Positions 53,285 through 64,000 of a stretch of 64,000 bases of DNA are shown piece after piece (positions within the stretch are counted from its first letter, which is position 1; the number at the start of each line of letters is the position of its first letter). This DNA is from Octopus sinensis (taxonomy: Eukaryota), in NCBI RefSeq assembly GCF_006345805.1, contig NC_042999.1:86366001-86430000 (forward strand), in the 5' to 3' direction. Under the pieces are notes generated by a model, which had not been told where the DNA came from, searched no databases, and saw only the letters and a program-made list of their open reading frames with translations. Position numbers and translations under genes: made by a program.

Positions 53285-54200
53285 AGGTTAGGCATCTGGC
53301 GTCTGAAATGTCGTCGGGTGATGATCGCCCTCTGTCAGTCAGGTAGTGCGGTCAATGGAAGCTCCTCATTAGTAGCATATAATGGACTAGTGTTGGGGAA
53401 GTGCGTCGACATTCTAGGGGAAATTTTGAGTGTTGACATAAACGAGGTCTATTTTGGAGGACATATTACAGGCATATGACTACCATTAATAACTTCCTCA
53501 AAATGTTAACCTGACAATGGTACGAAGGAGTACTACTTGTTCGAAATAAACACTACAGGCACGCAAGTGCAGTGAACCAAAGCTGCCCGAGATATATGCA
53601 GACTAACAAAACCATTTTACAGGCACTCGTCCAGTGAGTGACCAAATATCGTTGATATGTAGTGTGATGGCGAATTATGTTTGTCGGGTGTAGGACGGAT
53701 AGGGTAACGCCAGAGTCTTTCCTGAAAATCGCCCTACTATTCTCCTTGAATAGAGCAGGGTGGGCAATTTTACCGGTGGACAAGCTGAAAAGACTAAAGA
53801 TAGGCACTTCCTTCTTCGGTCCAGCTCTCTTTGACTTTTCCAAGTTAAACTTATAGAAGGAGTAAAGGTGGAGAGAGAATTACTCTCTTCCAGTAAATTT
53901 ATCATACGGTGGGTGACTGTGACGAAAACAGTTAAAACAACTCTAAGCATGCACTGTGAGTCAGACTACAAGGAATGGGATAAGGCACTTGCTTAGGTGT
54001 TCAGAGTGATGTTGGATTTGCGTAATTCCGTTATTGACCCCAGTTGGAGATCCTCCTGTATAAGAAGGACCATGTTATCCACGTACTCATGCATTTATAT
54101 ACTGGGTATCTTCCTCATCTTCATCTTCCTCATCCCATTTTTGTAATTTGTCTATCTAATGTTCCCTTCCTTCGACACTCCTGCAACAAAAAAAAAAAAT
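53285..54200 (+). mobile_element. Degraded Tx1/L1-like ORF2 3' end with A-rich tail
   Basis: KVERELLSSSKFIIRWVTVTK resembles an L1/Tx1 C-terminus; pyrimidine-rich 3' UTR, poly-A, then (TCA)n. Confidence 0.5.
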
Positions 54201-54605
54201 CATCATCGTCATCATCATCGTCGTCGTCATCATTGCGGTTGTTTTTTCCTTGTTTGCTTTGACAAGATTTCTTTTTACGAGCCTCGAAGGTTTAGGATTA
54301 CTATGACATAATTCATGATTGGAAGTTGTTCCTTTTCCGATTATTTCAGAGGGGAACCCAATTTGGAAAGCTCAGAGGCACACTCCTCTTACTTGGGGAG
54401 TGCTTTGAGGTTTGTTTTTTAAACATATTCGTTTTGCTCACAAGCCCACAGCAAACAGGACAAGGTATATACAACAACAAAAACAGCAAGGAACAAGACC
54501 GATCCCCAAAGTACCAATGAAGGGAGCACATGTTATAATCATATAAAAACAAAATGAATATTAATAAATTCCCAAACACGCACACTCCAATAAAACGGAA
54601 AAGAA

Positions 54606-54648
<43 letters not shown>

Positions 54649-54919
54649 CATATACATGTTAACATCAACAACGAAAATGTATTAGGAGTAACAATAACAA
54701 CACCAAGGACGAGATCCAAGCGCACACACCTGCGCTCCGAACGAAAATGTTAAGAAAATTACATTTGAGAAAGACTTGTTTTCCCTGTGTTGTCAGCGTA
54801 ACAACATGGCTGAGCTCAAGTAAAACATAGTAAACTTGCAGAACTATATGAAGTAAAAATGTGTCTCTTTGCCTCTGTAGTAATCAGGTAAAGGATAAAG
54901 AGAAGAGCCATGTATTCGT

Positions 54920-55091
54920 TTTACGGAGATGTACTTGCATCGTGTGCTGAAACGAAAACAATTGCAGCGTGGAAGGTGTTTATAAGCCATTTAAGAAACA
55001 CACATTTAAATTTAATTTGTCAAAATATTTTCGTCGCTTTGAGACCGCGACCTGTTCACTGACAAACTTCTGTGCTGCATCTCATTGTGTT
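54920..55091 (-). mobile_element. Short hammerhead-bearing insertion, family P4, between 11-bp direct repeats
   Basis: catgtattcgt at 54909-54919 and 55092-55102. Confidence 0.65.
55016..55066 (-). ncRNA. Type I hammerhead motif with G3:C8 swapped core
   Basis: rc: tttgtca GTGAACA g gtcgc-ggtctcaaa-gcgac GAAA atat TT tgacaaa. Confidence 0.7.
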
Positions 55092-55454
55092 CATGTATTC
55101 GTGTTTACTGGAAAATAGCGAGAGCTTTTAAATGTTCTCAAGATGACATGTAGAGAAAAGCGTTTGCGATCCAACCTGCAGAATGTGTAGAGTTTGTTTT
55201 GTGTTATATTACTCATATCGATCTGCTTCTTGTCATGTGCCGTTTCTAGTACATGTTGATATCAATTCTTAACCATTTTTCACTCATAATAACGACATAT
55301 TTCCCAGTGAACGTAGTTGCCCATTCGATTGTATCTATGACTACTTGGACTTGGAAATGCTGGGGTAACTGGTAATAACACGGTTCAACAATCTCTGCGC
55401 TTGGTGTGAGCACCTATTTCGTTTTTCTTTTTGCTATTATTTGTAGTTCGATTT

Positions 55455-55667
55455 AAAGTGGTGAGGTAGCAGAATCGTTATCACGCTGGACGAAGTGCTA
55501 ATTGGCATTTCGTCCGTTGCTACGTTCTGAGTTCAAATTCCACTGAGGTCGACTTTGTCTTTGTTCCTTCAGAGTCGATAAAATAAGTACCAGTTGAACA
55601 CTGGGGTCGATGTAATCGATTCATTCCCTCCTCCAAAATTGTTGCCTTTGTGGTGAAATTTAAAACC
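55455..55667 (+). mobile_element. SINE family 1 with target-site duplication
   Basis: attatttgtagtt on both sides (55436 and 55668). Confidence 0.85.
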
Positions 55668-55787
55668 ATTATTTGTAGTTTGATACTGGTCCCGTGCATC
55701 TATAATAATCAAGCATATTTCTGTCTTTAACCTAGATCTGTTGAGCTATTGCTGGTTTTATTCTTACTCTGCTTGTCTGTCCGTCTG

Positions 55788-55859
<72 letters not shown>

Positions 55860-56084
55860 ACTCACTCTATCTATTTATCTATCTCTGAAGGTGTGTGGTG
55901 ATTTTAGTGTTGGGGTCACGATCTTCATAATATTCGATATTTTACGGTATCTCATATAATATATTCATTGAAGAAATATCTCTTCAAAATATAATATATT
56001 AAACCAGTGTATCTTGGATAAAGTATCCCTATAAGAAGTTTAAATATCTTCATTGTGACTAAATATGTGTGTGTGTGTGTTTGT

Positions 56085-56290
56085 GTATTTGTGTGTATCT
56101 GTGTTTTTCTCCTATCATCGCTTGACAACCGGTGTTGGTGTGTTTACGTCCCCGTAACTATGTGGTTCGGCAAAAGAGACCGATGGAACAAGTATGAAGC
56201 CTACAAAGAATAAGTCCTAGGGCCGATTTCTTCGACTAAAGGCGGTGCTCCAGTGTGGCTGCAGTCAAATAACTGAAACAATAAAAGAAT
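56085..56290 (+). mobile_element. SINE family 2, 3' half
   Basis: cgcttgacaaccg...ggcggtgctccag...actgaaac. Confidence 0.82.
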
Positions 56291-56519
56291 ACACACACAC
56301 ACACACGTATACATATACAGAGAGAGAGAGAGAGAGAGGTATATATATATACAGAGAGAAAAACAAAAATTTAAAAAATCGAAACTATTCAGATGAACAT
56401 TCATGTATAAGCATATAGATTTTTGTGAATTGACAACGGATTTATGTGTGTGTGTATACACATATGCATACGTACATATAAATATACATACTTACATACA
56501 TACATACATATACGTACAA

Positions 56520-56577
<58 letters not shown>

Positions 56578-56602
56578 GTATATATATATATATATATATA
56601 TA

Positions 56603-57100
56603 CTAGCAGTATCGCCCGGCGTTGCTCCGGTTTGTAAGGGAAACAACTATATAAACATTTTAGAGAGTTATTTCCTTTATAGATGCCAATTCGGGCTTTC
56701 TTGGCCATTTCTGTTTTGGTGTCTTCAAGCCATGAAGTCGTTGTTCTAAAAGAACGCTGGTCTCCTTGATAACGCATTACGACGTTGATTTCCTTAAACT
56801 CCCTTCCCCACAGCTTCACGAGGGAGGGAAGAAGGGGGAGAAGCAAACACAGGTGCAGGTGTTTGAGCGTGGACGCCAACTCCGCCGCCATCGACACACG
56901 AAAAATTATGCATTAAAATGGAATAAAAAATGATGTTAATTATTTTTAAAATCGTAGACTCATCGTAGACGCGCGCTAATAGCCAGACGGGCTTGATATT
57001 AATCACGACTATAAGATACCCGAATTTGGTTAAACTGCACCGCAAAATGTGGGAGGAGTTAGGAATCTAAATCGTAGGAGACAGACTACAGTTTTATATA
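56603..57100 (-). mobile_element. Non-autonomous Helitron-like element in (TA)n
   Basis: Minus-strand 3' end ccggagcaacgccggg hairpin followed by CTAG|T; 5' end tatataaaactgtagtctgtct. Confidence 0.65.
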
Positions 57101-57112
57101 TAATATATATAT

Positions 57113-57147
<35 letters not shown>

Positions 57148-57243
57148 ATATAATTTTAATCCAAAAGGGAAACAAAAAACAACAACAACAGGAACAATTA
57201 CAGTATTATTATTAATAGGCGCTCAGGAGATGGAAGCAGGGAG

Positions 57244-57278
57244 GTCTGACGTCTTCGAGCGAGCTCTTCGTCGGAAAC
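57244..57278 (-). ncRNA. Degenerate hammerhead-like motif related to family P3
   Basis: rc: gttt CCGACGA a gagc-tc-gctc GAAGA cg TC agac; local sequence looks noisy. Confidence 0.4.
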
Positions 57279-57449
57279 ATAAAGAAGGAAGAGAGAGGAA
57301 AGAAAGATCCCAGCGGGGCACAGGGAAAGAGAAAAAAAGACGACTGGTGTTTACGAGTTGCACATGGTGAAGGCGGATGTTGACGATAACAAGGGCAAAG
57401 TGGGTTTTTAAAGGCAAAAGAGTGGAGACAAGGTTGGTAACCCAACAGA

Positions 57450-58540
57450 TGTGTGGGTATGTGTGAGTGGTGCATGTGCGTGTGTGTGTATGTGTGTGTG
57501 TGAGGCGAGATGAAAAAACAAAAAATATATATGTGTGTGTTAGTGTGTGCGTCTGGTGTAGGCGTGTGAGGTAGGGCGAGACTGGTGGTCAGCTAGCAGA
57601 CGAGGTCAGTACTAAGAAAAAGAAGGAAGGAAGAGGGGAGGTCAGTAGTAAGAAAAGGAAGGAAGGAGGAAGGGAGGGAGGGGAAGGGGTGGGGGTATGT
57701 AGCGTGCCAGCGTGTGTTGAGTAGTAGTGTGTGTGTGGTCCAGTGTCGTGGTTGGTATTAATGAGTAGATTGAATGTGTGTAGAGTGATGTATATATATA
57801 GGCAAGGTGTGTATATGTGTGCGCGTGTGTGTAACGAAAAAGGGGGGGTTAAGGAGAAAGGACTCAGCTGAGGGAAGATGGAAGAGTGGTACGCGGAGAC
57901 AGGCGTGGGAAAACCCAACGACACGCGACGGTCCCAGGAACGGGCGGGAGGTCTCGTAGGTCCAAGGGCGAGGTGTATGCGACGCGTATGCAACGCGAGC
58001 CGGCGTAAGGCGTATGTGCGCGTGCCTGCGAGTATGCGCGTACGTATGTATGTGTGTGGATGTTGAGTGTGTCTGTGTGTATGTTGGGGGCAGTGTGTGC
58101 GATGAATGTATGTGAGTATGTGTGTATGTATGTGTGTGCATATATGTATGTCCGTGTGTGTGTGTATGTGTGGAGTGTGTATGTATGTACTGTGGGTGTG
58201 GGGAAGTGTGTGTATGTGCAGTGTGTGCGCGTACATACAGGTGTGTGGTGAGTGTGTGTGTGTGTATGTATGTGTGAGTGGTGTATGTATGTGTGTGTCG
58301 GATGCATGTAGTGTATGGGTGTATGTATGCGTGTGTGTATGTATGTATGTGTACGTGCGTGTGGTGTTGTATGCGTGTAGGTGTGCGCGTGTGATGCATG
58401 CATGCATGTGCGTATATATATATATATAATATATAACATATATATATATAATACATATGTATATAAATGTATGTATGTATGTATATCTGTAAGTGTAATA
58501 TATGATACACGTTATGTGTATGTATACATACACATATACT
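57450..58540. repeat. Irregular GT/TA-rich low-complexity tract
   Basis: Degenerate (GT)n/(GTAT)n; may be poorly polished sequence. Confidence 0.75.
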
Positions 58541-58977
58541 TCTGTTAAGGTATGATAAACAAAAACCGTACACCATCCAGTGAGAGATAAATATATATAT
58601 GCATATATATATAACCAAATACCAATCAGCTGAAGTAATTTAGTGAAGCCACACACTGATTGGTCAAAATACAGTTTGTAAAACTTAACATTCTGGAGCC
58701 TATAAAAATGTATAGGGACACATTTTAGCCATCTCACTACACTTGTAAATTGTAAAACATAACTGTTACCACAACTATATGAACCTGAAGATTGCATAGT
58801 TTAATGCATGAAAGTACTAGTTCAATCAGAATGGACATTTGATATTCTATCATTTCATTATATTATATTATCTTATATTATTATAAGTTTGTAAATAAAA
58901 CGTGCAAAGTTGGAATTCCTTTGATTAATGTGTGTGTGTGTGGTGTGTGTGTGTGTATGTGTGTGTGTGTGTGTGTG

Positions 58978-59009
<32 letters not shown>

Positions 59010-60522
59010 GTATTGTAGCATATGTATTAAGACAATGGCTGTATCCGAATCACTTTACATATTCTGATTATCCTGCTATGCTGTAAATCGTGGTTATATC
59101 ACTCATAATGAGATTATACCTACGTGTATAGAATAAGGATATAAACACGGTACTGCAACGGAGAAATTCCTAAATGTTTCTCTTAGATAGCTAAAAATAG
59201 TCATAGTAGAAATAAGGATCCCAGTAGGTCTTCAGAGAAAATAAAACGGGTTGTATCAGTATGAAACAAGGTGGTGGTGGTGGTGGTGGTGATTGTGGTG
59301 ATGGTAGTGGTGGTGTAGTTGGAATTTACCGCAGTACCTCAGCTGCGTTGCTTTCCAATGCAATTTTAATGGAGAAATTAAGAAATTAAACATAAATACA
59401 TACATGCACACCGGCTTTCTCGCGAGACATTTCGCAATACATCTAAATGAACTGATACTGTTGGTAGTGCAGCTACTAAACCTGCTTGAAAGATATTATA
59501 CTAAATGACTTTTGTCTGTGTGAGATCTGTGTTGATTTATCAGATAGAGTAGGTTTAACCTTTCTTCTCATCAGTTCTCTAAAAGTCAACAGAAGACGGT
59601 ATATTTATCTGAAGGAGGCTCACACATAAGTGCCACCAGGGAACTGTTACCAACCTATGTGTGTGTGTAAACGAAGGCATTTTATTTTTTCATAAAATTT
59701 AAGTAAAATTCCCGGTGGAAAAAATTTCATCTGATCTGAAGTAGATCACAGAAAGACAAATGAACTGATTACGTAAAAGGATTTTTAAAAAAAATCCTTT
59801 TTAAATGTATTTGATTATAAAATGACAGTGTAACACATGTGTCTAGCATTCAAAACTAATAATTTTTATATCTAGTTATTCAACCGTCTCACTTCCGAAT
59901 CCATAGATACTATGTCAATAAAGCTCAAAAGTTTTCAAATGAAAGGCGACTGATTTATGAGTTTGTATTCTCTAGCCTTTTCTTTCAAATTTATTTGTAA
60001 ATTATTCCAATCAAATGTATTCAATAAGAAGTACATGCGGGCAGAGAAATGATTTTAGTTGTAGAATTTGGATCAATTACTATGGTTTTAACATTTGTTG
60101 ATGACTGGTTGTACAAAGGCTTGGGAATGTATTTAACAACTTATGACACTTAATTACATAAAGATTATATTTGGTTGTAAATAAAAAAAGAGTTAGTCAC
60201 ATATGGCGTCAATAGATATAATTAAATAACATTTGTGCAAATTCTAGGAGCTTTTTTAAAAATTTGTTTTTGTATGAAAATAATCCCAAATATACATTGC
60301 TTACACGGCATAATAGTGAATTCACGTATTACTGAAGCCCACAAATTATAGAAAAGGATTATAATTCATTAAATGGGATTTCAGTTCTTGAGTGGCACAT
60401 ATTATATTCACCCCAGAATGATAAAATCGACTCTGGTACAGTTTGAACACAGAATGTGTAAGTATATAACTAAACACCACAAAATATTGTCCCGTCTTTC
60501 TTCTCAATATTAATTGCTAATC

Positions 60523-60770
60523 AAGGCGGCGAGCTGGCAGAATCGTTAGCATACCGGGCGAAATGCGAAGCCGTATTTCGTCTGCCGTTACGTTCTGAGT
60601 TCAAATTCCGCCGAGGTCGACTTTGCCTTTCATCCTTTCGGGGTCGATAAATTAAGTACCAGCCACGCACTGGGGTCGATATAATCGACTTAATCCGTTT
60701 GTCTGTCCTTGTTTGTCCTCTCTATGTTTAGCCCCTTGTGGGTAGTAAAGAGATAGGTATTTCGTCTCCG
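60523..60770 (+). mobile_element. SINE family 1 (tail B) followed by the ggtatttcgtct site
   Basis: Complete unit, then 60756-60770 repeats the internal site. Confidence 0.92.
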
Positions 60771-62365
60771 TGAATTGTACGAGCTTGTTTGTTTGGTTTG
60801 TAGTTCTTTGTGCTGCGTTTGCAGCGGTTTTTGAGTTGTTGTGCTGTCTCTCGGTAGTACTGAGAGATGATAGGTGGAAGTCGTGTATATTCGGACCTAA
60901 GCGAAACTGAGTTGTCCGCTTCGGAGGAAGAACTGGTTAAGGCAGTAAAGATGTTGGGCGCATGTCTGGAAAAGAAAAGTTTTGCAGAGGCAATCGAGAT
61001 GAGAAGGAAGAAAATAAACCTGGCAAATATGGAAAGAGACAGTAGAATGGCTGTAAAGATGGGGAACGATGTGAGGTTGTCCCCACCGCAGACAAGGATG
61101 GAAATCCAAAAGAAGATGGTAACGTACAAAGTTTATTCAGAAAAAGAGAGTCGACCACATGGAGGAGAAAGAGATAGACAAGGCGCTGATGACAGTCTGG
61201 CCAGATATTACCTACCTGGCCAGAGGTAGCATGTTCGGGACGATTATTGTTCATTATAAAACAGAGGAAAGAGCGATAGCCCACGCTGCCAAAGTGTTAA
61301 AAACGGAAAAGGTAGTCCTCTTGCAGTCTTACATGGGCAAGAGGATTGCCAAAATCAAAGTGGAAGGGATTCCCCCTGAAATCGATGCGGCTTGGGTGGT
61401 GGCGGCTCTCTTTGTTGAAAGAAAAAAAGAGGTGAAGGTAATTCAAGCAGAAGTGATGGAAGGAGCAACATGGAAGGGACAAATGATCGAGGTGGAGTTC
61501 CTCGAAGTGCTTCCCGAGAACCTGTGGATTGGGGATTTGATCCTGAAAGTGTGGGTGGAGGGCAGGATTCCTCGCTGCTTTAAATGCCCTCCACCACCCA
61601 AAATGGTAGAAGAGCGACAGCCACCACCACAGGAGAGGATACAAGAAGTAGAAAGAGAAACTCCAGTATTAGAAGATATGGAATGGGAAATAGCCGGGAA
61701 AAGAAAAAAAAAAGAAAAAGAACGGAAGTAAGTACTTGCGAACCCCAACCCACCCAGTGCCCTCCCGCTCCCTTTTCACCACACTCTCTCCATGCAAACA
61801 CCAAACCTACCCATTCCCCTCCAACAACAAAACAGAAAAGAAATACAAACACACATGATATAGATATGACTCCCTCTCCCCCTGTTTGTTTTGCTTGCGT
61901 TTTGTATGCGGACGCGGAGGACGAAGTTGTAAACCTGGTGAGCGAGTGGAAGGATGTGGTCGAAGTGGAATTCTTCGATGTAGATGGTGATCCTATTATA
62001 TGCCAATTGTTAAATAAGGCACAAATGGAGATAGTAAAAAAGTATGATAAGGGTATTGAGTTGTGGAAGGTGATCGGGGAAAGAGAGCAATGCCAAAACA
62101 GACCTGTCATACTGAACTAAAATTGACTGCGGTATTGAACTGCTGAATTTTAGATAAGTGTGATTGAACTGTAAAACGGTTTCAATGTAACCACTCGACT
62201 TCGGGGGTCGAGGGGGCATTCCGCCTCATTATGTCATCTTTTTCATGATTCATTCGTTTTTTTTTTTAATTTTGCTTCTTTCTTTATGCCTCCTTGTTAT
62301 AATTTTAGTTCCCCGATATTGTGCACGTACCTTCTATGTTGGTCCCTGGTGGGTAATAAAGAAAT
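60771..62365 (+). mobile_element. ORF1-only Tx1/L1-like retroelement (HAL1-like), ~1.6 kb
   Basis: 5' UTR, one frameshifted ORF, T-rich 3' UTR ending ccctggtgggtaataaagaaat; flanked by ggtatttcgtctccg / gatatttcctctgccg. Confidence 0.7.
60867..62120 (+). pseudogene. L1/Tx1-like ORF1 (RRM-like region plus truncated zinc knuckle), two frameshifts
   Basis: Joins track ORFs 60867-, 61159- and 61584-62120; IKVEGIPPEID, LKVWVEGRIPRCFKC, WEIAGKRKK, Pro-rich linker. Confidence 0.7.
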
Positions 62366-62800
62366 CGATATTTCCTCTGCCGTTTCGTTCTGAGTTCAAA
62401 TTCCGCCGAGATCGACTTTGCCTTTCATCCTTTCGGGGTTGATTAAATAAGTGCCAGTTACGCACTGGGGTCGATATAATCGACTTAATCCGTTTGTCTG
62501 TCCTTCTTTGTCCTCTCTGTATCTAGCCCCTTGTGGGTAGTAAAGAAATAGGTATTTCGTCTGCTGCTACGTTCTGAGTTCAAATTCCGTCGAGGTCGAC
62601 TTTGCCTTTAATCTTTTCTGGGTCAATAAATAATCATTATTATTATCATTATTATTATTAAGGCAGCGAGTTGACAGAATCTTTAGCACGCCGGACAAAA
62701 TGCTTTGCGGCATTTTCGTCTGGCTTTACCTTCTGAGTTCAAATTCCACCAATGTCGACTTTGCCTTTCATCCTTTCGGGGTTGATGAAATAAATACCAG
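62366..62800 (+). mobile_element. SINE family 1 array
   Basis: Resumes at the internal site; second junction at 62550/62551; another copy from 62659. Confidence 0.88.
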
Positions 62801-63129
62801 TTATTAGTTATTGTTGTTGTTTCATTTTTATCTGACTACAATTAGTCTCCCCCTTAATTTCCTCTTCGGGTAATGGAGCGTAACTACCTATATGTCACTT
62901 CTTTATAATGATTTTTGAAAGAAGAATTACCTGAATAGCCAAACTCATCGTTGTAATGAAAAATGAATGCAACCAGCTACACACACACACACACACACAC
63001 ACACATTTACAAACACACACTCATAGACATACATACACATATATGTGTGTGTGTGAATGTGTGAGTGAGTGTTTGTGTGTGACTGTGTGTGTGTGCGTGT
63101 GTCTATGTGCATTTCAATCTTTTTCTAAT

Positions 63130-63510
63130 CTCTTCCCCCACCGCTTGGCAACCGGTATAGTTTCTTTACGTCTCTATAACCTGGCGGTTCAGCCAAAGAA
63201 GAAACCGATAGAATAAATACCAAACTTTAAAAATAATTATCAGTACTACGGTTGATTTGATCGGCTAAAAGCCTTCTATGCATATGTGAGTGTGTGCGTG
63301 TGCGCGCGCGCCAGTGTTTGCCCCTTACCACCGACGGACAACCAGTGTTGGCGTTTTTTATGTCGTGTAATTTAGCAGTTCGGCAAATAAACCGATAGAA
63401 TAAGTATCAGGCCTAAACAATAAGAAATGGGGTTGATACGTTCGACTAAAAATTTTCCGAGCAGTGCTCCAGCATGGCCGAAGTTTAATGGCTGAAACAA
63501 GTAAAATAAT
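63130..63510 (+). mobile_element. Two SINE family 2 3' halves
   Basis: caaccg..gttc.gc.aa..accgatagaataa twice; the second ends gcagtgctccagcatggcc..ctgaaac. Confidence 0.7.
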
Positions 63511-63541
63511 TAAATAAGATACAGGTACATTAGTACAAATA

Positions 63542-64000
63542 CGAGGGACGTTCAATAAGTAATGCCTCTGACCCACTTGCAGTTGTTTGATCTAGCTGAA
63601 ATTTTGCATGTGCAATCATTTATATCTCTATAGAGTAAGTGGCAAATTACAGCCCTAAATTAATTGTGGTTTTTGATTTACAGGTGTTGAACCGAGTCAA
63701 GTGTGAAATGGAGCCTGTTGAGTGTCGAGCAGTGATCCGGTTTTTGTATTTGAAAGGACGCACACCACGGGAGACTTTTGATGAAATGAAAGTAACTTAT
63801 GGTGATGATGCCCCATCATATGACCTTGTAAAACGCTGGCATCGTGAATTCAAACATGGTCGGAACTCTGTGGAAACAGCTCCCAGATCTGGTCGCCCCT
63901 TCTGCCATTGATGAGGCATCTGTCCGTCAAGTTGAGGCTGCCATTTTGGAAGATCGACGCATAATTATTCGCCAAATAGCCCATGAGGTCAAGATTAGCG
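63542..64000 (+). mobile_element. Mariner element 5' end, cut by the window edge
   Basis: TA|cgagggacgttcaataagtaatgc TIR; ATG at 63708: MEPVECRAVIRFLYLKG..TYGDDAPSY..VKRW..FK.GR..APRSGRP, frameshift, EDRRIIIRQIAHEV. Confidence 0.92.

Noticed and set aside
57589-58797. 402-aa ORF and overlapping His/Thr-rich ORFs
   Set aside because: Translation of a degenerate CA/GT tract that lacks stops; no domain signal; sequence looks noisy.

Overview
AT-rich, repeat-dominated animal genomic DNA. The SINE, LINE and microsatellite make-up looks like a cephalopod (Octopus-like) intergenic or intronic region; the species is inferred, not shown. No intact host gene is supportable, and most track ORFs are microsatellite artefacts. 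Contents: a full-length frameshifted Tc1 element (17581-19208), three mariner remnants, six R4/Dong-type LINE fragments (five abutting (TAA)n), Tx1/L1-, CR1- and RTE-like fragments, two Helitron-like elements, a MITE and many tRNA-derived SINEs. Three less obvious systems stand out. (1) About a dozen minimal hammerhead-ribozyme motifs from several unrelated families, often in long palindromes inside TA microsatellites (Penelope-like terminal-repeat architecture), including core variants (G3:C8 swap, type II permutation). (2) An ORF1-only Tx1/L1-like element and a SINE that share a 3' tail and recur at the same site inside that SINE. (3) A ~550 bp non-coding element that is co-oriented with Dong/R4 fragments in (TAA)n tracts. 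All calls come from manual reading; no searches or folding programs were run.
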